A stretch of 64,000 nt of DNA from contig OX597817.1 of NCBI GenBank assembly GCA_951406725.2, forward strand, positions 73,718,001 to 73,782,000, read 5' to 3'. The notes below the pieces were generated by a model. That model ran no database searches, had not been told where the DNA came from, and saw nothing but the letters and a program-made list of their open reading frames with translations. Both the position numbers and the translations under genes were made by a program. Below are positions 43,312-55,964 of this stretch, piece by piece. How positions within the stretch are numbered: the first letter of the stretch is position 1; each line of letters opens with the position of its first letter. The stretch comes from Octopus vulgaris. Its lineage: Eukaryota.

Positions 43312-44392
43312 ATTCATATAATATTCATATGTATATAGGGAGATGAGGGTTTCTCTCGTTGCATTAGGAATCCCAATGTAACAACTTCGTACAGGCCACT
43401 TCAGGGTAGGTCACCCATTTTCTTCTTCCCTTCTTTCTAACCAACATCGCAACTTAAACATTGGTTTGCATGTAGCTTGGGATCACCCTGCAAAAGGAGG
43501 CGCCTACCGAATGACCTCAGATCTCTGGCTACGTATGTGATAACTATTTAACTATTAACAAGACTAGGATTTCTGACATATGTTCTATGGCGCCAATTTT
43601 TTATGTGTCTGAGATATATGCATCGATGATCTGACTAAGAATGAGAAACGGAATAGCAGTGTTATTTAGCAAAGTAGAGCAGCTCAAACAGATTTCCCCA
43701 GGCATCTGAAGGTTCCTCGGAACACCCCGCTCCTTAATGTTAGAGGACGATCAGAATGCCATTTCTGATGCACTTTTGGTTGTATTTAGCCGAGTGATTG
43801 GAGTAATGGCTTCGCAAATCTGTTTAGATGTTTAGAAATGTTTCAATTGCATTACCTAAATACGCCAATGTGAATATGAGCGAACAGCATTCTATCATAC
43901 GCATCGGATCTAGACAGTTTTCTGTAGGCCTAGCATATAGGGAGATTATAGGTCGTAAGCAGTTCAAAATAGTTGGCTCCTCAGACCATTAATTTGTGAT
44001 TGTGCGGTCGACCTAGATTGGCTGCATTAAGCGGGATTTAGTAACAGGAAACTGAACGCATCCTTCCCAATGCACCAGTCTTACATAGACCGGGTTGGAG
44101 AAGTCGTTAATCGAGATTTGACGGTCGAACTGAAAAGCCACCGATAGTGGTTAACAGTGAAAAGGCTATAAGATTAGAAAAAAAAAAAAAAATTAGCATA
44201 CATTTATCAACTGAAAGTACTTGAGTATCAAAAGAAAATACTCATAAAATATTTGAGAAATCAAGATGTACTCATAAAAGCTACACTAATGAAGGATAAT
44301 TCTAGAAGCGTGTCAGTAGGTGGTGGAAAACAGTAAGTCACCAAATATATTATATAGCTGTATAGATAGATAGATAGATTGATTGATAGATT

Positions 44393-44432
<40 letters not shown>

Positions 44433-44454
44433 CATACATACATACATACATACA

Positions 44455-44488
<34 letters not shown>

Positions 44489-44536
44489 GATACATAAATA
44501 CATACATACATACATATATATATACATGTATATATG

Positions 44537-44597
<61 letters not shown>

Positions 44598-44649
44598 CTC
44601 TTTAACTCGTTTCAGCTATGTGGCTGCGGTCATGCTGGAGCACTTCCGT

Positions 44650-44972
44650 GGTCTTTCTGATTTCCTCAGTCTGGGGTATTTCACATCACCACTCTTGAAT
44701 GTGCCTTTGTTCCAGCTGTTGGCCCATTTAGTGTATGAGGGACTTTGATTCGATGCCCATGTTTGTACCTCATGTTGGGCTGTTGGTTCTTCCGGTATGG
44801 TGAATAGGAGTATGTTTAGTTCCTTTTTGAAGACATCTGCTTCCACCAGATTGCTTAACGTTTGTGGCAGGGCATTGAAGAGCTGTGGGCTTTTGAACCC
44901 TAGACTATTGCAGTACTTGGTCCTGAATTTAGATGGAGTAGTTGGTATCTTTGGTACAATACAATGGCGACC
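44650..44972 (-). mobile_element. CR1/L2-group LINE 3' fragment
   Basis: GRHCIVPKIP..NSLGFKSPQLFNALPQTLSNL..FKKELN..IPEEP, a typical ORF2 C-terminal pattern. Confidence 0.7.
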
Positions 44973-45171
44973 ATATACTTACATATGCGGCTCACTTCTG
45001 CACATAATATATATATTTCAAACGAACACGCAGTCACTGATTTTGCAACAAGTAAAAATATCAGTACAACTACTGCGTTGATCCCTTAGAAAGATTTTAG
45101 AACTAGCATTTTTGCTTATATATATATATATATATATATAATCAAGATAAGTAACAGGATATCAAGAAGCG

Positions 45172-45259
45172 ATGCAGTACAACCGTTTCAAGCGGCTCCA
45201 TTTAATTGAACAATGCAATTATTATATCAATTTAAATTCAGTGCTATCATCAGCTGCAC
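45172..45259 (-). ncRNA. Type I hammerhead ribozyme motif with long stem II
   Basis: gtgcag-CTGATGA-[tagc..atttaaattga/tcaattaaat..gctt]-GAAA-cggtt-GTA-ctgcat. Confidence 0.65.
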
Positions 45260-46779
45260 AAAGAAATAGAATTTTAACCAGTTGGACACATTAATATAAT
45301 TTTTCTCAAATACTTTAACAGAGCAAGAAGATGGAAGAAATTCATGTTGTCGCTATTGTAAGAATAGCCTACACTTCCAAGAATGGCATGAAGCCCACTG
45401 ATGCCACAGCTTGTAAAGGATTGTGGTTCATTTCTAATTGATTTGTCTTTTTTATCAACTTCTAAATCGAAGACTAGCGGACTGTGTCTATTCAGAATGA
45501 AGGGCAAGAGTTGATAGCTCATGGCTAGGTATGGTTATAAATATTGACATATGTATCCCTTTTCCTCGGGGAGAGAAGAAGACATTAGGAGAAGTCAAAT
45601 GGATATAGAGTAACTGTCTATAAAAGGCGGCGGGGTAGGAGAAGACTTTAAATCATGATTTTAATTACCAATTAAAGGGGCAAGACGCTATTAAAACCTA
45701 GGATGTTAATACAAAGAAATTTTTGTCGTGGAGTACTATGAGTAATTGTTTATAAACAATATTGTTGTTGTATAAAAAATAAAATTTAAGATTATCAAAA
45801 ATGATATCATAACCAAAATAGGTAAAATGTGTGTTTATATCAGTTATCAACATTAAAAAGGAAAGATTACATAGAATCAGTTTAATATTCATTCATGTAC
45901 TTAATTAATTACTTATTAGGTGGTTTCTCTAAAGACTGCTCAGGGCATTTACATATGGAAGACTGTAAAGATAAACATGCTATCTATATATTAATTATAA
46001 ACCAGGAATCAGAAAAAATAAAGATGCGTACAGATACACACACATACTTATATATGTGCACACATGCACACAAACACAAATATTTATACGTTTATATAGA
46101 TATAGACTTAAGTAACTGAAAAGTATCTATTTACGAACAAGAACAATAACAATTTATAAGAGATAAGAGGTTAATAGGTTATGCACATATATGCATATAT
46201 ACATATATACAAATATTTGTACTTTTATATGGATAGAGTATTACGATATCGCATAGACCTAAGTAGCTGAAAGATCTCTATTTAAGTACAGTAACAATTT
46301 ATAAGGGATAAGAGATTAATAGGTAACGATGTCAAAAGAAAACAAAATAATAATTTATAGAAAATAATAAGAAATACATATAGCCTACATTTAAAGAGAC
46401 ATGGTATTAAAATTTGAGGTTGAGATAAGACAAAAGGTAACCCGAAAAGAGGGGGTAGTAGGTATGGGCGTAGTGAGGGTTGTTAGAGGTATTCAGACTG
46501 AAGAGATTTTATGAGTTGTAATGTTACAGGTGCTATTATATATATATAATTTTATAGTTTCTAGGGAATATATAATTAGGCGACTTACGTAAAGTCATTA
46601 CAAATATACATATTATGATCAGTAGGGTAGAACATCATAGAAAGGAAAATAATAGTTTAATCACCAAAAATCCTCCAAACACACACCATCATAAAAAGCA
46701 AGAGACAACCCAAATCTTTGAAAACTCTCCTAACAGAAGCCCAAATACGCTCAACAACAACACAGAAGCCGTCAGTAAA

Positions 46780-47130
46780 GATATTCGGAAGACCCAACTT
46801 AATTTAATTGAGGGATCAGATTTCTCCTTCAAACAGGGACAACGTTTCTCAGTGAAAAGCAACTTCACAGATGGTTCGGAGAACCTGATATAGGCACTAA
46901 CCTGCTCTGGGTTTCAAGAGCAATACATAGGCCAAACAGTCTACGTAAAAGAATGGTTCTGCTCAGATCCCAGATCAAAATTCCCTAAAACAGAAAAATA
47001 GCATTCAGTCAACACAAAGACATTTGCGCCAATAACAAAAATCCAAGCTTCAGAATTTTTTCCCTCTACTAATTCAGGGTCGATACAACTTGTAGCCAAC
47101 GAATTAGTAAGGAGACTCGCTTTAAAATTT
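46780..47130 (+). pseudogene. Penelope-like GIY-YIG endonuclease remnant
   Basis: FSVKSNFTDGSENLI*ALTCSGFQEQYIGQT, the NLIY..C..YIGQT signature with a stop. Confidence 0.8.
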
Positions 47131-47296
47131 TAAAAATGATGCACTCAAGAGATTCTCAAGAATTCATTAAAAAACAGTTCTTATCACTGCTATAATCCAT
47201 AACGCGTCAAATTTAGATCACTTGCCCATTTAACACCTTATTACTATCATACTACCTACATTCCTTCTTATTCTCCCTTTTTCTTCTTATTCTCCC

Positions 47297-47647
47297 TTCT
47301 TCTTCTTCTTCTTCTTCTTCTTCTTCTTCTTCTTCTTCTTCTTCTTCTTCTTCTTCTTCTTCGTCCTCTCCGCCACCTCCTTCCTAACTTTACCACTATT
47401 GCTGTTTAGAATAACACCTACGCAAATTTTATAAACAAAACATTCAACAGAGATGTTTCAGGAATTCAATCACTACTAACATCCACAACGGGTCACTTTC
47501 AGGGCACTTGACCATTTAACATACTACTATCATGGCACTCTCGCATTCTTCTTCTTCTTCTTCTTCTTCTTCTTCTTCTTCTTCTTCTTCTTCTTCTTCT
47601 TCTTCTTCTTCTTCTTCTTCTTCTTCTTCTTCTTCTTCTTCTTCTTC
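47297..47647. repeat. Two (TTC)n tracts, each preceded by a similar ~30-bp leader
   Basis: 'cacttg.ccatttaaca..tactatcat' at ~47220 and ~47505. Confidence 0.85.
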
Positions 47648-48145
47648 CCGACTAAGAATTCACAACGACCTCGAACCCACAAGAGAGACAGAAACAGGTA
47701 GAAACAAGGAAAATGCTACTTGTATTTGAACACTTTGCAAATATTCTTTTAAAAAGGTTTTCTTTTAATTTTTCCAAAATGTAATTGTTTTCCATACTTA
47801 CAGTCGAAAAAGTCTCAATGACTGAAACCAGTACTGAAATGTCTTTTATAATATTATTTTAGCATTTTCTACCTTGACTTTTGTTCCATATATATCAACT
47901 CGTGTGATCCTTTTCAACCTTCTACATATTATACATATATATATAGTCAGTTTAGAAAAACAGATAAATTCCCACCAAAGAAAAAAGACGAACATGAGGA
48001 TGTGCACAAAAAATGTACTAGCTTGACTCTCAGTGAAAGGAGAGAGTTTGACGTTTCGAGCATAGCTCTATGTCGTAAAGGAGAAAGGGAAAAGTCCAAA
48101 GATGGAAAAGAAATTACCTACGGGACACGTATAGTTGCATTGCTG

Positions 48146-48269
<124 letters not shown>

Positions 48270-48549
48270 ATCTCAATATATATATGGGCATGTATGTATT
48301 ACACACACACATACTTATATATATACGTATAGACACAACACACAGACAAGTACATATATGCAATTGTACGAGAGAATAATAGATTCCGTGAAACCAGCGG
48401 AGGCGGAAATGAAAAGAAGAACGTACATCACTCTGATTCCTATTTTCGATCAGCAAAATACCAAACATGGCCACCAAGGGAGAGAGCAAGAGAGCAAGAT
48501 AAAAATATAATGCACCAGAAAATTCTCTATTACCTATAAATTAATCTAC

Positions 48550-49010
48550 TAAACCAAATATTTGTAATGTTTCCAGTACCAACACCTGGTATATATACCC
48601 AAACACCTTTGTTTATAATCCTGGTAGTATTTTGTACTGTCCAGGCAGGAACACTTTAACAGAGTCTTTGAATTGTTATTGAAATGTCGAGCCAGAAATC
48701 CAAATAAATGGTAATACCAGTTCTCCCTTCTATCTAAACCTGTGATGTGTGATGCCTGTAGCTTGTTTAACCGAGTGAATTTTAACCGCTGCAAAGTGTA
48801 TCTAAGTGCATAACGTATATTTAAAATATAGTTGATAAATTTTGAAAGATCCATATCATGGATGTTCGAATACCTTACAAGTTAGTCATAATTTTCTTGT
48901 ACGTAAGTCTGATTAATGAAACAGTTTTCTAAATATTTTCTTTTATTTTTTCAAAGAATTAATCTTTAAACAGATAGTTTTTACGTCTATGCGAAATGTA
49001 CCAGTAATCT
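48550..49010 (-). pseudogene. Possible decayed Penelope-type RT fragment
   Basis: Weak remnants only; lies near other Penelope traces. Confidence 0.25.
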
Positions 49011-49750
49011 TTTATCTTTTTATATGTTTCAAACATTGAACTGCGGCCATGCTGGAGCACCACCTTGAAAGGTTTAGAAGAACAAACCAGCTCCAGTAAA
49101 TATTTTTATATGTGGTACTTATTCTATCGGAATCTTATACCGAACCACTAAATTGCGGGAACATAAGCAAACAAACACATATACTTAAGTAGGCGTGGCT
49201 GTGTGGAAAAAAGCTTGCTTCCCAACCACATGGTTCCGGCTTCACTCGCACTGCGTGGCACCTTAGGCTAGTGTCTTCTACTATAGCCTCAGCACCTTGG
49301 GCAAGTATCTTCTATTATAGCCCTAGATCAAACAATGCCTTGTGAGTGAATTTGGGAGACAGAAACTGAGTGGGAGCCCGTCGTATATTCTTCTATTTGT
49401 TTCGGTCATAAGACTGAGACCATACTGGAGCACCGCCTTGAAAGGTTTTCGTCGAACAAATCGACCCCAAAACATTTTAAAGCCTAGCACTAATTCTATC
49501 AGTCTCTTTTGCTGAACCGCTAACTTGCGGAGGATATACACGCACCAGCACAGGTTGTCAAGCGATAATGGGGATAAACACAGACGCAAAGACACATACA
49601 CATACACACATACGAAGGGTTTCTCTCAATTTCCGTCAACCAAATCCTCTGACAAGGCTCTGGGGCTATAATAGAAGATACTTGCCCAAGGTGCTGACCA
49701 GTGGTCCCAAATCCGAAAACACTTGGTTGCGAAGCGATCTTCTTAACCGC
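49010..49750. mobile_element. Pile-up of SINE family B fragments (-, +, -)
   Basis: Family-B blocks in alternating orientation. Confidence 0.75.
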
Positions 49751-50079
49751 TAAAGTGCACCAGAAACTGTTTAATCGTCAGTGCGTTACAAAGATTTAAA
49801 AAACAAAACAAAAACGATCTTTTAATATCTATATGATACTATGTTAAAGATTTTGTCAACTCGCCACCTTAATAACAATATTTCACTCACTGAAAAAAAT
49901 AAATATACAAACAAAAAAAAAGACAGAAAGAAACGAATGAAAGAAAACCCCTATTGATATTGTTCAAGATCGAAAAATCAATAAAAACGAAAGTCTTCCA
50001 TTGAAGTCTTTGAAATCGCAAGATAGTTTTTGACTTACCAGCAGTAGCTTATAAGTCTCTTTCTCTCTCTCTCTCTCTG

Positions 50080-50120
<41 letters not shown>

Positions 50121-50221
50121 AATTTATCGATTTTTAGATGAACTTTAAATTCGCTGCGTTTGAATTGTGTGTGTGGGTGTGTGTGTGTCAGTTTATATAG
50201 CCGGTCATATACAGACAACCG

Positions 50222-50282
<61 letters not shown>

Positions 50283-50297
50283 CAGATACATAAACGC

Positions 50298-50665
50298 GTG
50301 GCTATGTGCTGTGTGGTAAGAAGTTTACTTCACAAACACATGGTCCCAGGTTCAATCCCCAGTGCATGGCATTTTGAACAGATGTCTTCTATTATAGACT
50401 TGTTAGTGGGTTCTGTAAACACAAACTGAAAGTAGCCCGTTGGACATATATCTTTCTGTCTGTGTTTGTCACCTGTCACCGCTTGGCAACCAGTATTGAT
50501 ATGTGTACGTTTCCGTAACTTAGCGATTCGAAAAAAGAAATGGATGGAACAAGTACCAAGCTGAAAAAGAAAAGTACCGGTATCTATTCATTTGTCTAAA
50601 ATTCTTCAAGGTGGTGTCCCAGGATAGCCGTTGTCTAATGAGTGACACAAGAAAGGATAAAAGAC
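50298..50665 (+). mobile_element. SINE family B, diverged
   Basis: Head, body and 3' end recognisable. Confidence 0.75.
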
Positions 50666-50843
50666 ATATATGTATATATATATATATATATTAATAAATG
50701 AAGTAAAACATATGCATATATATAAACATATACGTACGTACCTACCTCTACATGTACATATACACGCATATATGAGTACAGGAAACCAAAGGGACGTCGA
50801 TATATGTGTATATATATATATATATGTGTGTTATTGTGTGTGT

Positions 50844-50933
<90 letters not shown>

Positions 50934-50943
50934 ATATATATAT

Positions 50944-50994
<51 letters not shown>

Positions 50995-50998
<4 letters not shown>

Positions 50999-51343
50999 TT
51001 TTTCTTTTTTTCTTTTTACTTGTTTCAGTCATTTGACTGCGGCCATGCTGGAGCACCGCCTTTAGTCGATTTAGTGACGGGGACGTAAACACACCAGCAT
51101 CGGTTGTCAAGCAATGCTAGGGGAACAAACACAGACACACAAACATATTCACACACACTTATATATATATACATATATACGACAGGCTTCTTTCAGTTTC
51201 CGTCTACCAAATCCACTCACAAGGCATTGGTCGGCCCGGTGCTATAGCAGAAGACACTTGCCCAAGATGCCACGTAGTGGGGACTGAACCCGGAACCATG
51301 TGGTTGGTTAGCAAGCTACTTACCAAACAGCCACTCCTGCGCC
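50995..51343 (-). mobile_element. SINE family B, young copy
   Basis: Nearly identical to 52080-52450 apart from different internal deletions. Confidence 0.88.
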
Positions 51344-51355
51344 TATATATATATA

Positions 51356-51989
51356 CTATTCTAATGAGTTCAGTATGTGGCAAAGTAATTTATTTTACTA
51401 AGCCCTTTATAAAATGTAATACTTTGAATTCGCCTTAAATGGTCCCTTTATATACTGAATACTTGGTGAAATTGATTAATAATTAATTAATTTTACCCTC
51501 AATTGTTGAAATTATAATTCATTTCTCTCTGTTTAAAGCTTCGGTTTTCACCGATAAAACATGGTGTTTGCTAGTTTAGCCCACGTGGGTGGAAAGGGGA
51601 GGGCAGAAATTCTTCGCTTGCATATTTTGAATTTGTTGACACTGTTAGTTTGAACGGATCTTCGGAGGTGAAAAGTCGCCAAAAGGGTATGCTCCTACTT
51701 TCAGTGTTTACAAATCCAAATTAAGAAATTTTGAGATGACGAAAGAAATGTCGAATTGTATTTGGCTGATCTAGAAACGTACGTTCTCAAATAATCTTTG
51801 CACTTGTGATTTTTTAATGTTTTTTTAATGTTTTTACCCCCATACCTTCGTGGGTTATTTTGAGTAAACACTATCTGAGAGAAATTTTCTTTAAGTATTA
51901 GAAATGGCTAAAAAATTTTTTTTGGCTGCTATTTCTAATGAGTTCAGTATGTGGCAAAGTAGTTTATTTTACTAAGCCCTTTATAAATG

Positions 51990-51993
<4 letters not shown>
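51356..51993 (+). mobile_element. ~640-bp unit with ~65-bp terminal direct repeats and an internal hammerhead-like motif
   Basis: 'ttctaatgagttcagtatgtggcaaagta.tttattttactaagccctttataa' at both ends; motif at 51730-51791. Confidence 0.6.
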
Positions 51994-52055
<62 letters not shown>

Positions 52056-52079
52056 ATATATATGTATATATATATATAT

Positions 52080-52447
52080 ACTCTTTCTCTTTTTACTCTT
52101 TTACTCGTTTCAGTCATTTGACTGCGGCCATGCTGAGAGCACCGCCTTTAGTCGAGCAAATCGACCCCGGAACTTATTCTTTGTAAGCCCAGTACTTACA
52201 CACCAGCATCGGTTGTCAAGCAATGCTAGGGGGACAAACACAGACACACAAACATATACACACACATACATATATATACATATATACGAAGGGCTTCTTT
52301 CAGTTTCCGTCTACCAAATCCACTCACAAGGCTTTGGTCGGCCCGAGGCTATAGTAGAAGACACTTGCCCAAGATGCCACGCAGTGGGACTGAACCCGGA
52401 ACCGTGTGGTTGGTAAGCAAGCTACTTACCACACAGTCACTCCTGCG

Positions 52448-52450
<3 letters not shown>
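52080..52450 (-). mobile_element. SINE family B, young copy
   Basis: Nearly identical to 50995-51343. Confidence 0.88.
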
Positions 52451-52485
<35 letters not shown>

Positions 52486-52486
<1 letters not shown>

Positions 52487-52787
52487 GACTGGAAGTAAAA
52501 AATTAACCGCTCTTTTGCCATCGTATATGTCCATTATTGTCACACTGCCCTTCTATGCATGCGTGCTATTGTAGTCATGTGGTCGAAATTTGAGCCTGAT
52601 CGCGCCTTGTGCAACAAAGAAGAACAAAGAGCAGTGATCCGATTTCTCTGCTCGAAAGGTGTGTCAGGTGCTGAAATTCATCGGCGGTTTTTAGCACAGT
52701 GCACTACTGTGTAGAAGTGGGTATGAGTGGATCGAGAACTTTAAAAGTGGCCGGAGAAGCGTGACGCAAGAAGAGAGAGAGAGAGAC

Positions 52788-52828
<41 letters not shown>

Positions 52829-53132
52829 AGGATGCCTGCCAACCCCCACTACTGAGGAGAAGATTCAACTAGCTCGCGAGATGGTAATAGTGAACCAGTT
52901 CACCATTATCATCTCTCAGATCACTGCTCTTTGTTCTTCTTTGGTGCACATTGCTAGTGGAGTGGCCATGATCACACTGTAAAGCCAGGAAGAAAAATAG
53001 CGCGATCAGGCTCAAACTTCGATCACGTGACTACAATTGTACAATCTATAAGCACGCATTCGCAGTGGGCAGTGTGATAATAATTAAAGATATGTTATGG
53101 CGAAAGTGCGGATAATATTTGACTTACCCTCG
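52486..53132 (+). mobile_element. Internally deleted mariner element with long TIRs and TA duplication
   Basis: Right end reads TACGAGGG on the minus strand; ~120-bp inverted ends; N-terminal transposase KEEQRAVIRFLCSKGVSGAEIHRR..YEWIENFKSGRRSV. Confidence 0.85.
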
Positions 53133-53929
53133 TATATATATATATGTGTGTGTGTATACGGGCGCCATGGTAATGCCCCACCATGGCTGCAGTCTAAAAA
53201 CTGAAGCAATTAAAATATAAAAGATTTCTATGTACATTACGGTGGCTATGTCAATCTTATACCATTGAGAAGTGAATAACTTAATTTTTCAGTATTTTGC
53301 CTTCGTCTGACAGCGAGGGAGATTGTCGACAACACGGTGTAGTCTCTTAGATTGTTTGAATTTTATTCACCCTCCGTGTTTTCTAATCCCCCACCCATTC
53401 ATTGTAGTTCTCTCATGGGTTTATTTTCCCACAGTCAAAGTAACACCATAGCTCTATCTTCTTGAATTAACTGATGGACGACAAAAGCTCGAAACGTTAT
53501 ATTCTTAACGCCGGAAAATGAACTCAATGACCTCCTCAACAAACACACCTTAAAACATAGCTTGGATAGAACACGCCTTTAAACACCTTTAAGTCAAGGC
53601 AACACCGATTCGCCTTTGTGGCCTTGACATTGTACTCAGTGGCACCGTTCAGTTTCTATCTTATATTTAGAATTAATTTCTCTTCATATTTTTTATATTT
53701 GATCTCACCAGACTTGTTTTACTAGTAAACCAAATTCACTTTCTTTTTTACTTCCTTTCATTCTTCCTTCCTTCCTTTCTTTCTTTCTTCCTTTCTTTCT
53801 TTCTTTCTTTCTTTCTCTTTATTTATATATTTCTATTTTTCAGTCTCTTTTTTCTCCTTGATTTCTTTTTTTCTTTCCGTCTTTATTCCTTTCGCCCCTT
53901 CCTGGTCTCTCTCTTTGCTTTTTATCTAC

Positions 53930-54672
<743 letters not shown>

Positions 54673-54673
<1 letters not shown>

Positions 54674-55580
54674 GAGGGGAGGTGCGACGAAGTTCTCGGG
54701 CAGAATCTGGGCGTCGACAAGGAACACCTGACCCGCCTGTCCAGGACAACTTTCGGGCCGGGATCTATGGACAATCACCAAAGATCCCTGGCCTGGCAGT
54801 GCTATCGAGAAGCACTGTTCGGGATAAGCTCTGCAGGCACGGTTCGAGACGCATTGGACCGACTTGCCCGAGATGCGGTCAGAGCGACGAAACCGTTCTG
54901 CATGCACTCGTGCAGTGTCCAACCATTTCCGACCTGTGGGCTTATGCCGAACAGCTGCTGTTACGGACAAGTCCACCTGTCGGTCGAGTCTATTGTGAAA
55001 ATTGCTCCGCCCCCTTCCCTCAACCGGGATAGCAAAGCAGTCTTCATCGTACTGGTGGCCATGGTGAAAGAATGTGTGTGGTGGATTCGAGGGAAAGGAT
55101 TAGAGACAAACACTTACCTTTCTGGCCAATCGCTCATCAACTTTTTCAAGTGCCACTTGAAAAGGAAGGTGAGAATGGAGAGGCAGGTTTTGTCTCGTGA
55201 AAGTCTGAAAAGAAGGTGGGTGAATGTAGCAAAGATGGTGCGAACGAGTGACGAAATCACTTTGAGCATGATCCTGTAAATCGTAAAGGAATGGGAGAGA
55301 GAGAGAGAAAGAGCACTTTGCTCTCGTGTGTTTATTTTCTTCCTGCTTGAGGTTACCGTGGTCTTTTCTGTAGGCTTTTCTTTCCACGGATGAACCTAAT
55401 CTAGTTTCTTACTTAAAAAAAAATTCTTTCTGTGATACACGATCCATTTTGATCGCTTTTTTTCTGATCCCTTTTGATCGGAATTTTACATTGTTCCCTT
55501 TTTCTTTTTTCATCTTCGAAAAGAAAAGCTCTACATTTGTATTTGTCTCCTCTGTGTTCAGCCCTGTGTGGCCAATAAAG

Positions 55581-55582
<2 letters not shown>
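54673..55582 (+). mobile_element. 5'-truncated L1/Tx1-like LINE (sister subfamily)
   Basis: CPRCGQSDETVLHALVQC, frameshifted; ends 'gtggccAATAAAgtt' directly into (ATCT)n; 5' junction also (CTAT)n. Confidence 0.9.
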
Positions 55583-55659
<77 letters not shown>

Positions 55660-55774
55660 ATTATCTATTTCTCTATTTGTCTTTCTGTCTATCTACCTGT
55701 CTGTCTGTACGTCCGTCTCTTTGTCTACATTTGTATTTGTCTCCTCTGTGTTCAGCCCTGTGTGGCCAATAAAG

Positions 55775-55845
<71 letters not shown>

Positions 55846-55907
55846 ATTATCTATTTCTCTATTTGTCTTTCTGTCTATCTACCTGTCTGTCTGTACGTCT
55901 GTCTCTT

Positions 55908-55964
<57 letters not shown>

